Assembly (NCBI GenBank): GCA_000708835.1
Contig: DF237130.1
Location: forward strand, 62,001 to 126,000
Direction: 5' to 3'
From: Klebsormidium nitens
Taxonomy: Eukaryota > Plantae > Klebsormidiophyceae
Length of the DNA stretch: 64,000 bases
The notes under the pieces are model-generated. The model was not told where the DNA came from, made no database searches, and was given only the letters and a program-made list of their open reading frames with translations. A program made the position numbers and the translations under genes. How positions within the stretch are numbered: position 1 is the stretch's first letter; each line of letters begins with the position of its first letter. Positions 32,541 through 46,433 of this stretch are shown piece after piece.

Positions 32541-35500
32541 TCAGACCCGAATCGGGCTCAACGCCCGCTCTTCGTGTTCGTGGTACTGTTTCGAACCTGA
32601 CCACGGTAAAGTCATCTGCTCCTGTCTCCTGCCGGGTAAGAACCTATGCACATTCTCCTGATCCAGCCACAGTGGCTTCCGTGCCGGAGTCCTCACGCGG
32701 ACTTCGCCGCTGCCCGGCACGACCCCCGTGTCGGCCGATCCCGGAGTCGGCGCCTGCATTGTCTGCAGCATATCGAGTCGCTCCGCCATTCTAGTTAGCT
32801 CGCGAGCCTCCATCCCGATTACCGCCGCGGCTGCCATGGCCGCCCTCGCCAGCTGTCCCTCGTCCGCCAGCTCAGCGTCCCTTTTGATCTCGGCCGTCGG
32901 ATGGTTTGCCGCCTGGAGGGCGGTGGTTAGCTGCTTTGCAGCGATCGCCATTTCGGCGATCCGACGGTCCAGCTCGCTACACGTGTCCTCGTTTGCGAGG
33001 TCGAGGCGCTGAAAGTCGGTCCGCAGCTGGGCGAGCCGCTCCTCGGAGTCCGCCAGCAGAGCCTGGGTGGTGGACAGGGCGGAACGGAGCGTCGCAAGCT
33101 CAACGTCCTGCAGGGAAAGAGGGCAATCTGTGTTTGTGTCTTCCTGGAAGACCGAAACCAGAAGGATTACTTTTTGGGGCCTTCTTCTACAAACAGTGTT
33201 CCTCATGAGCAACTGAAGAACAAAACTTGTCCAGACAAAAAAAGCTGACTTAATCCTCTAGGCCTAAAATTGGTCATTCTGATGCTGCCTCGGGTATAAG
33301 CCCCTGGCACAAGGCCGTGTGAGAAGAAGTACCACTTTCACCCCTGAGAGGGCATTCGTAGCACTTGCACGTGAGTAGTGTCAAACATGAGGGCTGGACT
33401 TTGTAGGCGACTTCTCGAAAGACGCAGTCTGCTTGCAATTGCTTCGAAAAGGTCGTGATAAGCGGCAGCCACAATCGTGGGTGCAGTGAACGCCTGTGCA
33501 AGCCGCTGGATCGACGAGCTTACTGCAACGCTGACGAGAAGCCAGTTTGTTACCTTTGACTGCTAAGGTATTCTGTTCCTGAGCACAACGGACAGCGACG
33601 GGATAGCACTCCGAAGAAAAATTTCGAGAACACTCGCATGGCCTGCCAAGGCTGAGCAGAATAACAAAGGCTTGGCAAGGTTGGAAGAGCCATCACTGCG
33701 GATTCTCGTCGACGTCCTTTCTGACGCCAGTCCTTTCTGACGTCCACATCTCTCTTACGCTTCCACCAGCGGCACTCGCTTTCAACGCTTCAGAGCGTAC
33801 CAGTGCTCTCGGTGACTCCGGTGCATACAAAACGACATACTTGGCGTGCGTCGGACCTGCAGACCACTCACCTTTTGCCGACACGCTGTGCGCCACATCT
33901 CAATGACCCCGTCCAACGCCGCCACTCGCTTCTCGATTCCTTCCCCTCCCTGCGCGCTCACCACTCCGCATTCCTCTTCCCCGGTCTCTTCTTCTTGAGT
34001 GCCCTCCATAGCAACTCCTCCCCTGGGAGCTCTAGACTCCTCTGCCGCCTGGACCCTTTGCTGCAGCACCTCTAGAACTTCCTGCTGGTCGCGCATCCGC
34101 CCGACGGCCCGCTCCAGCTCCGCACACACCTCCCGCCGGCTCGTCTCCGCTGCCACCGCTGCCTCGCGCATCTCCTCAGCCCGCCGCGCCACATCCCGAT
34201 ACTGGTCCCCGACACTTACCGCTTCCTTCTCCCGCTCTTTCAAGCGCTCCTTTACCGTTTCGCACTCTTCCCTCCACCGCTTCCCCTCCTCCATTTCCGT
34301 TCGTAGTCGGTTCCGCAACTCTTCCAAGCTCGCCTCTGCCTCCGCCTCGACTCGTTCTGCCCGCTCTTCGAAGTCGGCGCGGGCGCTCTCGTACTTCTCG
34401 GCGGCCGTCCGAAGCTCGTCCGCAAACGTGCGCTTCAGCTCCTGTTCCGCTGCCTCCCTCTCCCGCTCGGAAACCTCCAGACGTTCGCGCAACCGCGTGA
34501 CCTCCGCCTTCGCGCTTCCCAGCTGTTCTCGCAGCTCGCTCTCCCCGCTGACGTTTGCGCTGACTTCACCAGACTGTGCGCTGGCATCATCTACCGACAC
34601 ATCCCGCAGATGCTCGTCCTGGCCCACGTCAGCCGCCCCCGTTGTCACTGCCGGAAGCGCCACTGCTCCTTGCACGGCCTCGTCTAGTTTCTTTTGCAGC
34701 TCCTCCGCTTCCTCCTCTTTTTGCTCCACCAAAAGGAATAGCCGCCGGTTCTCCTTCTGTAGCCGCGCCACGTCCCGCTCCCGTGCTTCCAGCTCACCCT
34801 TCAGCGACATCACCACCGCATCTGACCCCAGCTCTTTCGCCGACTCCCCGTCTTCTTGTTGGTTCACTTTCTTTTCGCAGCAGGCCCCGCTGGGCACACC
34901 GCTCGAAGCAGTTTCTTTTGAGCACATTACCATCTCCCGCAGCAGAATGCGTTGCCCAAGTTCCTCTGAGACGGATTCGATCCCCGCACTTGTCCTCTCG
35001 ACGTTGGTCCTCGCCTCCTCTGCCAGCGCCCTGACATGGCCGCTCAGGCGGAAGACCTCCTCAAGAACAAGTGCTTCGGTTGACCGGGCGTTCGCAGCGC
35101 AAGTCTGACAGCTTACAGGCCGAGTGGCGATCTCAGCGAATGCCGCGCGACCTGCTCGCTCCTCCTGCCGAGCGCGTACTCGTCCGCTCAGACGGAAGAG
35201 CTCGAGCCTCTCCCATTCTGCAGACTCCGTTAGACCTTCCGAACGGAGCCTTTCTGACGTCAGCTTTCGGACTGCTGACGTCAGCTGCTCGTGCACCGTT
35301 TCTAGCTGCCATTGCAGTCCGGCGACCTCTGCTGAGTGGGCGGCATCGCTCTCGGTGGCCCGAAGTGTCCACGCCTCGCGAGCTTGCACGCTTTCGGCAG
35401 TTAGCACTTGCACCCGCGCAGCGTGGCCCCCAACTTCCACTTCCAGCTCTTGGTTTCGAAACTGAACTGACTCCAGAGCTTGCCGGCCGGCGATCAAATC

Positions 35501-38500
35501 CGCTTCGAGTAACGACACCCGTTCTGTGAAGGCTGCACGCACCGTTTCTAGTTCGTGCTCCGTCACTGCCAACTGCGACCGCAAAGTCTCCACCTGCCGG
35601 GATATGTTCGAGGCTGCGTCGAGAACCGCAGCTTCATTCCCCTTCGGTGCGGTTACATCGCCCAGCTTATTCTCAAATTCCGTTTGGATTCCAGCATCCG
35701 TTCCGGTGCCTCTGTCCGCCAGCGCCAGCCCGCCTCGGTCGACCACAATGCTGTCCGTGTTGGTGCCTCGATCCATCATCTCAGCCCTCTCCCCCTCGCC
35801 ATTTCGCAACTTCAAAAATCCTTCCGCTGGGGCAACCGGGCGCTTTCGTGGAACCCAGTCCGCGGTGTCAAATCCAGCCGCCTTCGTGCTTATGGTGAGG
35901 TCGGAGGAGAGGTACTGTTTCACGAGGAAGCCTTCGGGCCAAGGCTCGGGCAAAGGGAGGGCGGGAACCGGCGGCTCCAGTGGGGCTGAACGTCGCAGGC
36001 TGGCCTTCAGCTGCTGAACCTGAGAGGAGGAGAAACGAACTTGGAACGTATTGGGCGAACGTTGTTCGGAAGATAGATGCGGAGGCCGTCGAGAAGTGGC
36101 AAGCCTATGACGAGCCGCTGTGTTTCATCGATGTTTTTTGTTTCGTGTGAAGGATTCCTACGGGGAAAAGATGCGAGGCGGCAGCCAGGACAGTCTCGGA
36201 CATCAGATATAACTTGCTCGCCAGGTTGCTGAATTTTAACGACAGACGTGTCAAGGAACTGGACAGTTGACGTGCGAAAAAGGATCGGCACGGACTGGAA
36301 GACACGAGATAGATAGAAGAGGGTCCTGCAACGAAGGAGGAGACGGAAACTGCGGTCGTTGCGAAAAAAGATGGCCAAACTGTCTCCTCAACAAGAACTT
36401 GGCAAGCTACATCCAACTATTGGTAAAGATCTAGAAAAGAGAAGCAGCAAACAGTCCATTTGTGATGAGTCCTTGGCGAGGATCGAGCAGAAGCGCAAAC
36501 TGAGCAATGCATTCTTCTGACGTGGGGGTCGAGGAAAACATCGAGGGCTCACGTCAAATGAGAGCACCACAAAGACGATAACACACAGTGCGGCTTGACA
36601 ACGGTATGATCCGAGTATCCTCCAAAGTGCGCAAGTGTTGCCGCCCTCACCTTGTGCATTTCGTGCGCCAGTTCCGCCGCGGCTGCTCGCGCCATGGCCA
36701 ACAGGCGCGCCCGCTCCTGCTCCACGCTGCGCAGCACGCCCGCCATCGCCGCAGCCATGGCGTCCTGCAAAAATGAGGCGACACCGTCAGGCGCTGCTCG
36801 CGGTTCAAGGAAGCCAGAGGAAGACTGTGGCACGCGGGCCGTAAATTAGGCTATTGTTGCTATAAGTGGGACTGGGCATGGGGCCCTCAGTCTTCCGTGC
36901 GAGCCACAGTATCGTTTTGCTAATTTCGAACACTCAGCTGCGCCGTAGTGTCCTCTTAACTCGCAACTTTCGAAGTACAGCAGAACTTCAGCGACTCAAC
37001 AAAGGGCGCGCTGTAACAATCAATGACTTCGAATTCCCACATCTGCCGACCATTCCCGCTTCGGTAACTGCAGGCGGGCCATAATAATGTCGACATTGAG
37101 CGGATAGTTGCGCGCCCTTATGAGGCCCAATGATGCTCTTGCTTCTTTGATATGCAGGAGTTTCAAATGAAAAGGCAAACACTTGTCGCTTGTCGATGTA
37201 GTCCAATCCTGGCTCCTTACCTTCTCTTCCAGTACTGTTTGCTTGTCCTTTGCAGCCTGCTCCGCCGCCTCGACGGCCCCCTTCGCCGTCTCCCGCGCTT
37301 CCGCCCCTTCTCTAGTTGCTTCCGCCAAGTCACGCACCGCTTGTTCCTTCTGGGCCCTCACCGCCTCCACCACCCCCAGCGCCTCCTGGAGCCCATCTAA
37401 AGCTTCTGCCCGCTCCCTCTGCGCCGCAGACTGCGCCTCAAGAGCCTCTAAGCGACCCCGCTCGCACTCCGCCAAACTCGCCGCCAACGACTTTTCTTCC
37501 GCTTCCGCAGACATCATTACGCTCTGACACGTGGCGAGTTGTGCTTTCACATCGTCTACTTCAGCGTGCACTAGCGCCAGCGCAGCTTCTGCTTCTCGTA
37601 CGGCGACCGCCAAAGCATGCCGCTCCTTCTCGCTCCGCACCACTTCTTTCTCTAGCCGTTCCTTGCTCTTCTGCGCTCGCTCCAACTTTTTAGCAATCTC
37701 CGCCAGCCCCTTTTCGAACTCCGTCTTTTCCTGCGCGCTCTTTTCCGCCGCGGCCGCAGCCGCTTCCGCTTTCCGCGCCAGCTCTTTCTTCCCGCGCCGG
37801 TCCCGCTCGGCATCCTTCCCCACGGCTGTCGCCTGCTTCTCGCTCGCAACAAGCTCGACATTTACGCGCTTTAGATTCTCCTCCAAACTCGCAATTACTC
37901 GCTCTTTGGACTTTACCCCCTTCCGCAGCTTTCCCACCTCTTCCGCCTCCTCCCGCACCGCTTCCTTGTACCCCCGAACCTCCTCACGAAGCACCCCCAG
38001 CTCCGCCTCCAGCCCGTCCTCTTGCTGACGTAAGCGTGACGTCTCCTGCCCCGCCCTCGCCGCCTCGTCTCGCAACTGCGCGATCTCAGCCGTCTGCATA
38101 TGGAGAGTTTGCTCCGTTGCCCGCAGATCGAGCTCCAGGCCCTCGCAGCGGTCCTCGGCATCGTGCTGCAGTTGTTGCGCGTCACGAAGGGCCAAGCTGG
38201 CGGCCACACGCTCCTGAAAGAGAGCGCCTTAGGGATGAGCTGAGACGAGAGAGCAGCCTAGGAACCGAGCCTTCAAGTCTAGTGGAGAATTGAGAAAACC
38301 TTCTCAATTAAGCCGTCCATTAGGTGCCGTCCACAAACCTGACGTAGATGTCAGATTCAAAGGTGACGGCCCCCTTGCCTTGCGGACCAAAGCGAACCCG
38401 GCCCCGCAGCTGCATACTACCAATCCTTTGGATGACGGGTTTTGCAGAGCGTAACATCTCTGCTTCGAGGTTCCTAGAAGCACACAGGTAGGGAAGAAGA

Positions 38501-41500
38501 CTCCCAAAAGTTGCAAGCATCAATAGTTGTGCATCACTGATCAATAGAGGAGGGCATCTAAGGCGTCGCCCCACCTGCTCCATGACTTCGTTGACTTGGT
38601 CCAGCTCCGCCTTCACCGCAGCTTTCGCCCGCCTGTACTCATCCGCCGCTGCCTGCGATGCAAAACGGCTCCTCGTTCACTGACAAGTCAGGGCCTCAGG
38701 TCGGTCCTTTTAAAATAGAGATTCTGAAGGTCGAAAGGCTCGGTTTGATGAAGCAAGAAGCTTGAACGACGTCACACTTAAGGGAAGAGGCATTTTAAGC
38801 GGCAAGCAATGACTTTAGCAGCCACGTCAGCAGCACACGCAGCGAGTGCAGAGAGCATGCGTTCTTGCTGTCTCGCCAATATCCTTTAGAAACCCTTCGG
38901 AGACCCAATTTCCAATCACCATTCCTACTCACTCTCTGATAAAACTCTCAGGTACAGGATATGTTTCGGTCTCAGGAGAAAAGACGGCCCGTACCTGCAC
39001 GTGCCTCTTCATCTCCTCGCTTTGCTTCTCGCCCCTCGCCCGTTCCTCTGTCAGCTCCGCTGCCAATCGCAACGCCTCCGCCCGACTATCATCCCTGCCC
39101 CTCAAAGCTGCTCTCAACTCACCATCCCTCGTTTCCAGCTCTCGCCTCGCCTCCTCCGACTCTGACGTCACTTGTGCCAACTCGCCTCTCAACCGCTCCA
39201 CCAAAACCATGGAAGCGCGGTTCTGCACCGACTGCCCCTCTAGAGCTTCCAGCTCTACGCTCAGCTTCCTGAGCCCTTCGCTCTTTTCTTTAAGTTGCCC
39301 CTCGAGAGTCGCAACCCTTCCCTCAAACCCTTCCCTCTCTGCTTCGGCTTGGGTAAGCTGCGCTTGCATTTCAGCAACTTTTGCCTCCAGAGCTTGTACT
39401 GCAACTCGCGCCTCCACCTCTTTCTGCTCCAAGTCTCCCCGTAGCTTCGAGACCTCGCCTTCCAACCGCCCCTTCTCTTCAATCTTCCGCTCGAAACTCG
39501 CCACCAGCCTCAATATCTCCGCCCCGCTTTCCGCGTTCCGTTCCTCGGCCGCTCTCCTCAGCGCTTGTTCCGTTCTCAGCTCACCTTGACTCGCGCTCAG
39601 CGCTTTCTCCGTCCCCTGCAGGCACCGCAGCAGCTCCGCGATTTGCGCCGCATTTTCCGCTTCCGCTCTTTCCCGAGCCCCTTTCTCCGTACGTGCTTCC
39701 TCCAAAGCCTTGCCCACTTGTTCCGTGAGGCCCTGTTTCTCTGCTTCCGACGTCGCCTGCAGCTCTGCGAGCGCGTCCCGTGCCTTCGACAGGGCCTTCC
39801 GCAGCTCTTTCATTCGCTCGCTCTTCGCCGTCGCCTGTTCCTCCATCCCTTGTAGCGCCTCGACTTGCGAAAGCGCATCCGTTAGCGAACCCCTCAGCCC
39901 GTCAGCTTCCCTCCGTAGATCCCGGATAGCTGCCAACAGCTCTACAGGGCCTCCCGCGCCGCCCAGTGCCTCCCTCACACCGCCTAGCTCGCTTTCCAGG
40001 CCCTGTATCCGCAACCGCGCCTCTCGGTGCACAGTTTCGACCTCCCCCAAACGCTCCCGAAGCTCGGTTTCTTGACTCGTAAAGCGCATTCTCTCCGTCT
40101 CTAGTTGTTGCTGCGCCGCCAGGACCTGCTGGCCTAGCTCCACGTCTTCCAGCTGCTGATTGGTGTACTTATCCCGCAGGGCCTCGCATTCTAGCCTGCA
40201 GGACTCCAACTCCGATCGCAGCGCCGCCGCGACTTTTCCCGCCGTCTCCGCGCCCTCGACGCGCGCCCTCAACTCGTCGACCTCGCTCGCAACCTCCGCC
40301 ATGCGTGTCCCGTTCTTTTCTCTCTCTTCGACAAGCTCCACTCTCAGCCGTTCGAGTACGTCCGCCTGTTCCGCAAACTCGTTCTTTGCGGCGGCAAGCT
40401 CTAACTCAAAGTCTCGAATCTGCCCCTCCTTTTTCTGCAGCTCCGACCGATACAGCTCCTCAACTTCGTTCAACTCCGCCGCAAAGTCGCGCGCCTTCGC
40501 GGCCGCCGCCACCCGATGCTTCCGGTCCTCTTGCCGCAGGTTCTCTTCCGCCTCCACGAGAGCGTTCCGCGCCGTTTCCAGCGCCTCTCGCAGCGCGTTC
40601 ACCACTCCCTCCTTCTCCTCCAACGCTTGGCTCAGGTCCGACACGTCTTGGATGACGTCACGCTCAAACCCGGCCATTCTTTCCTTCATCCACTCGACGT
40701 CCGAAGCGCCCCCCTGCAGCTCCGACACTTCTTCCCGCAGTGCCGCAATCTCGTGCGCCTGCTCCTCCGCCACCTCTAAAAGTCTCTCGATCTCCAGGTC
40801 TTTTTCCCGAAGCTCCTCAACCCTCTTGGCATCCCACTTGGCAGATGAATCCCGCCACGTGCTCTCCGCTTCCTGAAGCGCGTCTCTGGCTTGTCGCTTC
40901 GCTCCCTCTAGCGCTTCCTCCGCCTCTGCCATTCTTGCCCGCCTGTCTGCTTCGTTCTTGGCTTCCCAACGAGCGGCATCCGCCCTGGCTTCCGCCAGCT
41001 CTTCTTCGAGCTGCTTCAAGCGCTCCTCCTCACCCAACTTCGCTGCCCCACTCCGATCCCGCTCGCTTTTGATCGTCTCCAGAGCGTTGCTGAGCGCCAC
41101 ATTCTCTGCTTCCAAACGTTTGACGTTGCCCGCTAACGCTTGGTTGGCGTCAATCGTTCTCTGCAAGATCGAGAAGAAGGGATTAAGCACCGCAGTAAAG
41201 AATATTGTCGAAATAACCAGAGCTGGCTTTGACAAATTGACCGTTTGACGGAGGTCGCTTCGATGGCTGTTGACGTTTGAGGCCCAGTTCATTTGCCCTC
41301 AGTCCTCCATGGAAGCCTTTTCCATGATGACACTGAACATCCTACTTGCAAACCAGTTCCCGCCTTGCAACGAAATTCGTCTTCCCTCCAGCAAAGTCCG
41401 AGATAAAGTTCAAGCGTCGAAATTCATATCTTAGAACAGAGAAGTAAGGGAAGGTCGAGATCTCTTCGCCATGAATGCGGAAAGACATTCCTCGCAACGA

Positions 41501-43637
41501 TAAGAGACAGCAAGGTGCAAGGTCGCAAAAAACTTCTGAGCCAGCAGAATCTGCCTGATCGATCTCTGTGCCCAAATGAACGCTCGAAAAATTCGTTATA
41601 AGGACGAAGAAATAGCCGAGTGCAAGGTGGCAAAGTTAACTTTGTCAGTAAAAATTTGCCTGCCCGAACCCCGAACTTTCAACGGCCATCTAAACTCCCA
41701 CGGTTGTATTTCAAAGACATGCTCCATCTGACTGCAGCAAAGGAGTTCTTCATCATCCACCAACGAGAGCAAGACACAAATAGCATGGAGACGAAAGAGC
41801 AACAACGTTGAGTGTCCTGTCAACATCTTTTGAAATACCGCTGTCCTGTCCTGATAACATAGCCATACCTGTTTAGCGGCAAGCTCCGCCTGCAGGCGTG
41901 CCAGCTGCGCCTCGTGCGTCTGGACCATTTCTGTCATGCGCGTTTCCATCTCGCGGATACGTTCCCAGGCGGCAGCAAACTCCCCTACGTGGCGGTTGTT
42001 CAAAGCCTGCAGCACGATGATTTGAAAATTGGGCGTTATTGGGGCTGCCTTTGCTGGGTCAACAAATTCGGAGAATGGATAGGGACTTCAGCAGCAGATA
42101 TATCAGGCTGTGTCCAAAGAAACACAACCAAAGCTCACTTGAGAAGTCTGATGAAGTCGAAGTCTGAAGTCTGATAAGAAAGAAGTGCAAACATTACGTG
42201 AGTTGTGTGCAACCCGACAACAAGGGCGGACTTCGTCAGGTTCGCAACGGAAGGAAGTGAGAAGCTACATTCATTGGGATGACTCAGGAACTGCATACGT
42301 CGAACAATACGATCTTAACATTATCGACTCACCCTATCAAAGTAAGACCTCAGGCCCAGGGCGCACACATCATGATGCTTTTGATCGACAGAACGTGCTT
42401 TCAACTGGAAGACTTCAAAAGATTCAAGAAGCGCTAGTCCCACCAAGAAAAGATCTTTATCAAACTCAAAGGCTTTCAAGAGGAAGCTTGGGCGCAGGCC
42501 TGCGTCCAAAAGACAGCAGCTTCTCGTTAACGAGCCGACTGTGCAGTGCGGGTTAAGGTTATTCACCTGCGTGGTCTGCTCAGTGGCCGCAAGGGCGACT
42601 TGGAAGCCCCTCGCCTGGGCGTCAGCCGCAGTGGCCGCAGCCTTCCACCTCCGTGCGCTGACTTCTGCTGCGCCCAACGCCTTCCTCAACTGTAGCAGCT
42701 CTCCCTCCGGCTCCCCCAGAACGACACCGCCGCTCGTTGTGCCCTTCCTAGTTAGTGTATTGGGACTAGCCCCCAGTTGCCACCACAAATTCTGCTTCTG
42801 CCTTGACGTGCTCTCCTCCCCAGAGCTGGCAGAAGGGGCTCCGCTCATCTCCTCCCGCAGTTCTAGTTGCTGGGAGTGTGCTGAGCTGGCGCTTGCCCTT
42901 CCCGGACTGGTGCCATGTGAGGCCTCGTCAGCGAGAAAGCTGTGTGTGCTGTCTGCTGACTCTGAGGCCTCGTCTAGCGGTTCCGGGATGTGCCTGGTCC
43001 GCCCAAGAGGCGACCGCGGCGACTCCTCTACGGGGGCGGATTCGCCAACACCTGGAAAGTACTTCATTTCCTCACCGCCTATGTAAGGACTCCCCCTACT
43101 TCTTACGCCTGGGGACTTGGATGGCTCCGAGTGAGCCCCAGCGTCTCTGCCAGACAGAGCTCTCTGATTTTCGAAGGCACCTCCGTTGTTCAGATTCTCC
43201 TGATCATATGATGCCAGTTCGGGCCAGCCATCCTCCCCCCCCCATAACTCCTCCATGCCTGCTTCGGGCCCCAATATTTGTTCCCCCTGCGCTTCCTGCA
43301 TCCCCTCAGACGTCACAGCCTCGGTAGCCTCCAGCCGGCTTGGGCGTTGAACCCCCCACACAGGGAAGCCTCGGGGGGCCGTTGGGGATCGGCCATACCT
43401 CAATCTGCCAGCTTTCTCATCGGTGCTGAATTGTTTCTGAAGGCTTGTTCCGCTTTCTACTGAGCCGTCACTAACGTCACCTTCCCGGCCGCTGCTGAGG
43501 CTTCCCCCACCTTGGCTCCTCCCCCTTGACTGAAAGGATTCCAGGTCAGACATCGTGGGGGGCACCCCCCTGGGCTCAGCTTCGAAGACTTGGCGGCTGC
43601 TGTGCAGGGGTCTCACGATTGTTTGTTCCCCCAACAT
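32541..43637 (-). CDS. Very large Glu/Ala/Arg-rich coiled-coil protein (~2,420 aa), no recognised globular domain
   Basis: Exons 43637-42567, 42006-41869, 41160-38995, 38652-38575, 38213-37221, 36764-36651, 36019-33872 and 33107-~32541 join in frame at GT-AG sites, with all introns in phase 0. Heptad-like E/A/L/R/K sequence throughout and a Ser/Gly/Pro-rich N-terminus. The start ATG lies 4 nt after an acceptor (likely a 5'UTR intron). The exact 3' end is uncertain. Confidence 0.8.
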
Positions 43638-44787
43638 TCACCTGCAAAAGTGTCTGAAACAGTTTACCTCACAAGGGGGGCACAGTGCATATTTTCTCAG
43701 TGAGTTCAGGAATAGCTTAAGAAAGCTTATGGGAGTTGTGAGCTGTACATTGCTTCCAGCTGGGCCAAGACTGTGTCTAAGAATGCTGACGGCCTGGCCG
43801 CACTGCTCTTCAGTGATTTTATACCCCTGTTTACGAATCAACCTCGCTGCATGTGACTCTCCAAGATACTGTGTCCACGCAAGATCATGAACGTTCAATG
43901 ACTCTGTGCAACTGTGTGGATAGAGTTTTTTCAGTAGGGTACTGTGTGATCACTGGCTACAGAATGTTCTATCCGACAATACAAGTTTGCACACTACCTG
44001 TAAAGAGACTTGGGCAGGTAAGACGGCAATCTGCAAAGCTTTTTTGCACCATGTGGTCACCAGGATCTTAGAAAGGACTGTATCTACCTGTCAGAAATTT
44101 GAAACCAGTGCTCACCTGCTTTGGCAACAGGGAAGCAGCTCCAAGCAGGATGGCCCTGGCCACATATCCCCTGCGCTTTTTCCTAACTTCCACTTCAGAC
44201 ATAGATGCTGCTCTCTGGGGACCCTGGCCAACATCCTAGTGATGGCCCACAAACCAGCTTCCACTTCTGAGAATGTTGAGACACATTCATCTGATACATA
44301 TCATGTATCTTGCTCATTGCTGCTTGCACCACCTGCTCACTGTGCACAGAATTGCAACATTCAACTGGACAAATTGGAACCTTGAATAAAGGAGTGCAAT
44401 GGGGGTAGCAGCGCGCACGCGCGCGCCCTGGTGGTCAAAGGCTGAACTAAAGTTTGAAGTTTGACTTCGAGCTTTGTGGTTGAGACGGCAAGCTATAACC
44501 GTCCGATGTAAATCTGGGTGCAATCTGGCGGCCCGAAGATCCGACGTGGCACATGTCCTGAATTTTGGCAACAACTCGGGAGCCACTTGAGGCTTCATTG
44601 AAGTCGCAGTACTAGTCATGAAGCAGATACATAAAGGATGAGTTGTCGTACTTGTGCCTTGCTTCTCTAGTGCATGATGTACGCGGTAGGGGCAGGTCCT
44701 GAACATGACTTGCAGCCGTAGCAAGCTGCATAGTCAACGGAGAGGCGGCCACTCGCTTCAAACCTGGATATAGGCGCGTCTGCCCTT

Positions 44788-44996
44788 GGCATCGTGTCAA
44801 AACATGTGTGCAAGGGCGTCCGGAACTCCGAAAATCGGCCCTCGTTGGGGGGGGGCTGGTGGCCGGTTGGGGCAACATCTAGGGGCCATTTTACCCCTAG
44901 GTAAAATGGTGCATTGAGAGGAGAGGGGGGGGCTGGTGGCCAGTTTTATTTTCGGAGTTCCGGGACGCCCGTGCACACATGTTTTGACACGATGCC
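44788..44996. mobile_element. Putative MITE/foldback element (~209 bp) with 48-49-bp terminal inverted repeats
   Basis: 44788-44835 and 44948-44996 are reverse complements with 1 mismatch and 1 indel. Internal direct repeat GGGGGGGCTGGTGGCC x2 and a central hairpin CCATTTTACC-CCTA-GGTAAAATGG (44886-44909). No ORF; the target-site duplication is not clear. Confidence 0.6.
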
Positions 44997-46433
44997 TCGA
45001 TGCCCTTGCAAAAAGAAGACGGGAAGAAGACCCTATGCTAAAACCGCTCTAGGCAGTTTCGGGACCCCTTCCATAAAACATTGAAGTCGACGAGGCCTTT
45101 CCTGGACCCCTATAGCAGTACGGAGGGTGCGCTTTTGAGTGTTTCAATAGCGAGCAACTACACCCGCGATGGTCAGAAATGGGCCGCACAAAGCAAGAGC
45201 AAAGTTACTCAAGCGTACCAATTCTCAAAGGGTCCATGTTCTGAAGCTCTAATGCAGGTGCTGGAGGAAATGAGGATGGAGGCATATCTCGGCCCTAATA
45301 TAAAACTTGATGCTGCCATTTTGCAACCCCTTTACGCAAAACCAGTGTTTTAGCTTAGCTCCATATCTTAGACCCTTCTGTCGACGCGGCTCTCCTCCCT
45401 ATAAGCTATGCCCCAAGTGAGAGTGACCGCCTCTCCTAGTCAACTCATTGTATATCCCAGTCTCACCGGAGTGTTGCCCGGTGGCTCAACGTGGCTCAGG
45501 GTTTATATTACAGCAAATGAACTATGATTCAGTAACTTAGATTCATGAATGAGGCACCAATGCCACATGACCATCGTCGCTTTGGAAAGGCCATGAAGCC
45601 AGTGCAATTGCCCAGGTGCCCCCAATGATGCATGAACTTATACCATATCGCAGAACAGCAATTCAAATGCGCCCGTGATCCATGGCGTGGACCAGGGTTT
45701 ATAACAACAAGTGACCATCCACATCCCATGTGCAAATCACGCGGAGCCACAACCTGCATGATCCGAGTGCAATGCACGAAACATGAGCCTCGAATCGATC
45801 TTTACATCCGCATGCAGCGTCATGTGCGCTTAGTAGACATGGACATGCGCACGCAGTCCATGATTCGATCAATGGGCTACTAGCTCCGGATCTAAGGCCG
45901 TCAAGGACCGGACGCACTATAAACGACTACGACACATTTACATCTTTTGACCATCGAAAGATTCCTGGCCAGATCTCAGCTAGATGACACATATACACGC
46001 AGCCAGTGCATGAGCCCCCGCTTCGAGCAGCATCTGGTGAACCATGACGGTCTAACTGTCCCGCGTGGGGTAAGCTACCGATCGGCCACTCCGCTGATTG
46101 TAACTAACATATCTGTTTGATAAGCTGTTCAAGCTGCCGGGGATCCGTCTGATCAAACGAAGATACTACTTTGCGCGCAAAATAAGCATTGAATCCTCAA
46201 TCTGGGAAGTGTGTTAGTGACCAGCGGATGCGGCCGGCCTAATAGATTGACGTCTGTACGATATAGAAGTTGCTCCGGATCAAACGAAGACCCAATCATG
46301 GAACATGGACGATCATTCAGGTCCAACTTGCAGACGCCGATAGCCTAAGGAAGATTGGTGAACAATTCAATCCTATGGTTTCACCTTTCAATGGAATAGG
46401 TAGGCGGGATGACATTTGCTCGGACCCCCTCAT

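Noticed and set aside
33999-40876. Long plus-strand ORFs (e.g. 33999-35108, 38846-39589, 40160-40876) as antisense genes
   Set aside because: They are Ser/Ala/Arg-rich shadows of the Glu/Ala-rich, GC-rich coiled-coil exons. They coincide with those exons and contain no recognisable motifs.
43638-44170. Upstream coding exons of the coiled-coil gene
   Set aside because: The acceptor at ~43642 leads to stops in all three phases except via the ATG at 43637, and the nearest donor would give a ~25-nt intron. Treated as 5'UTR or unresolved.
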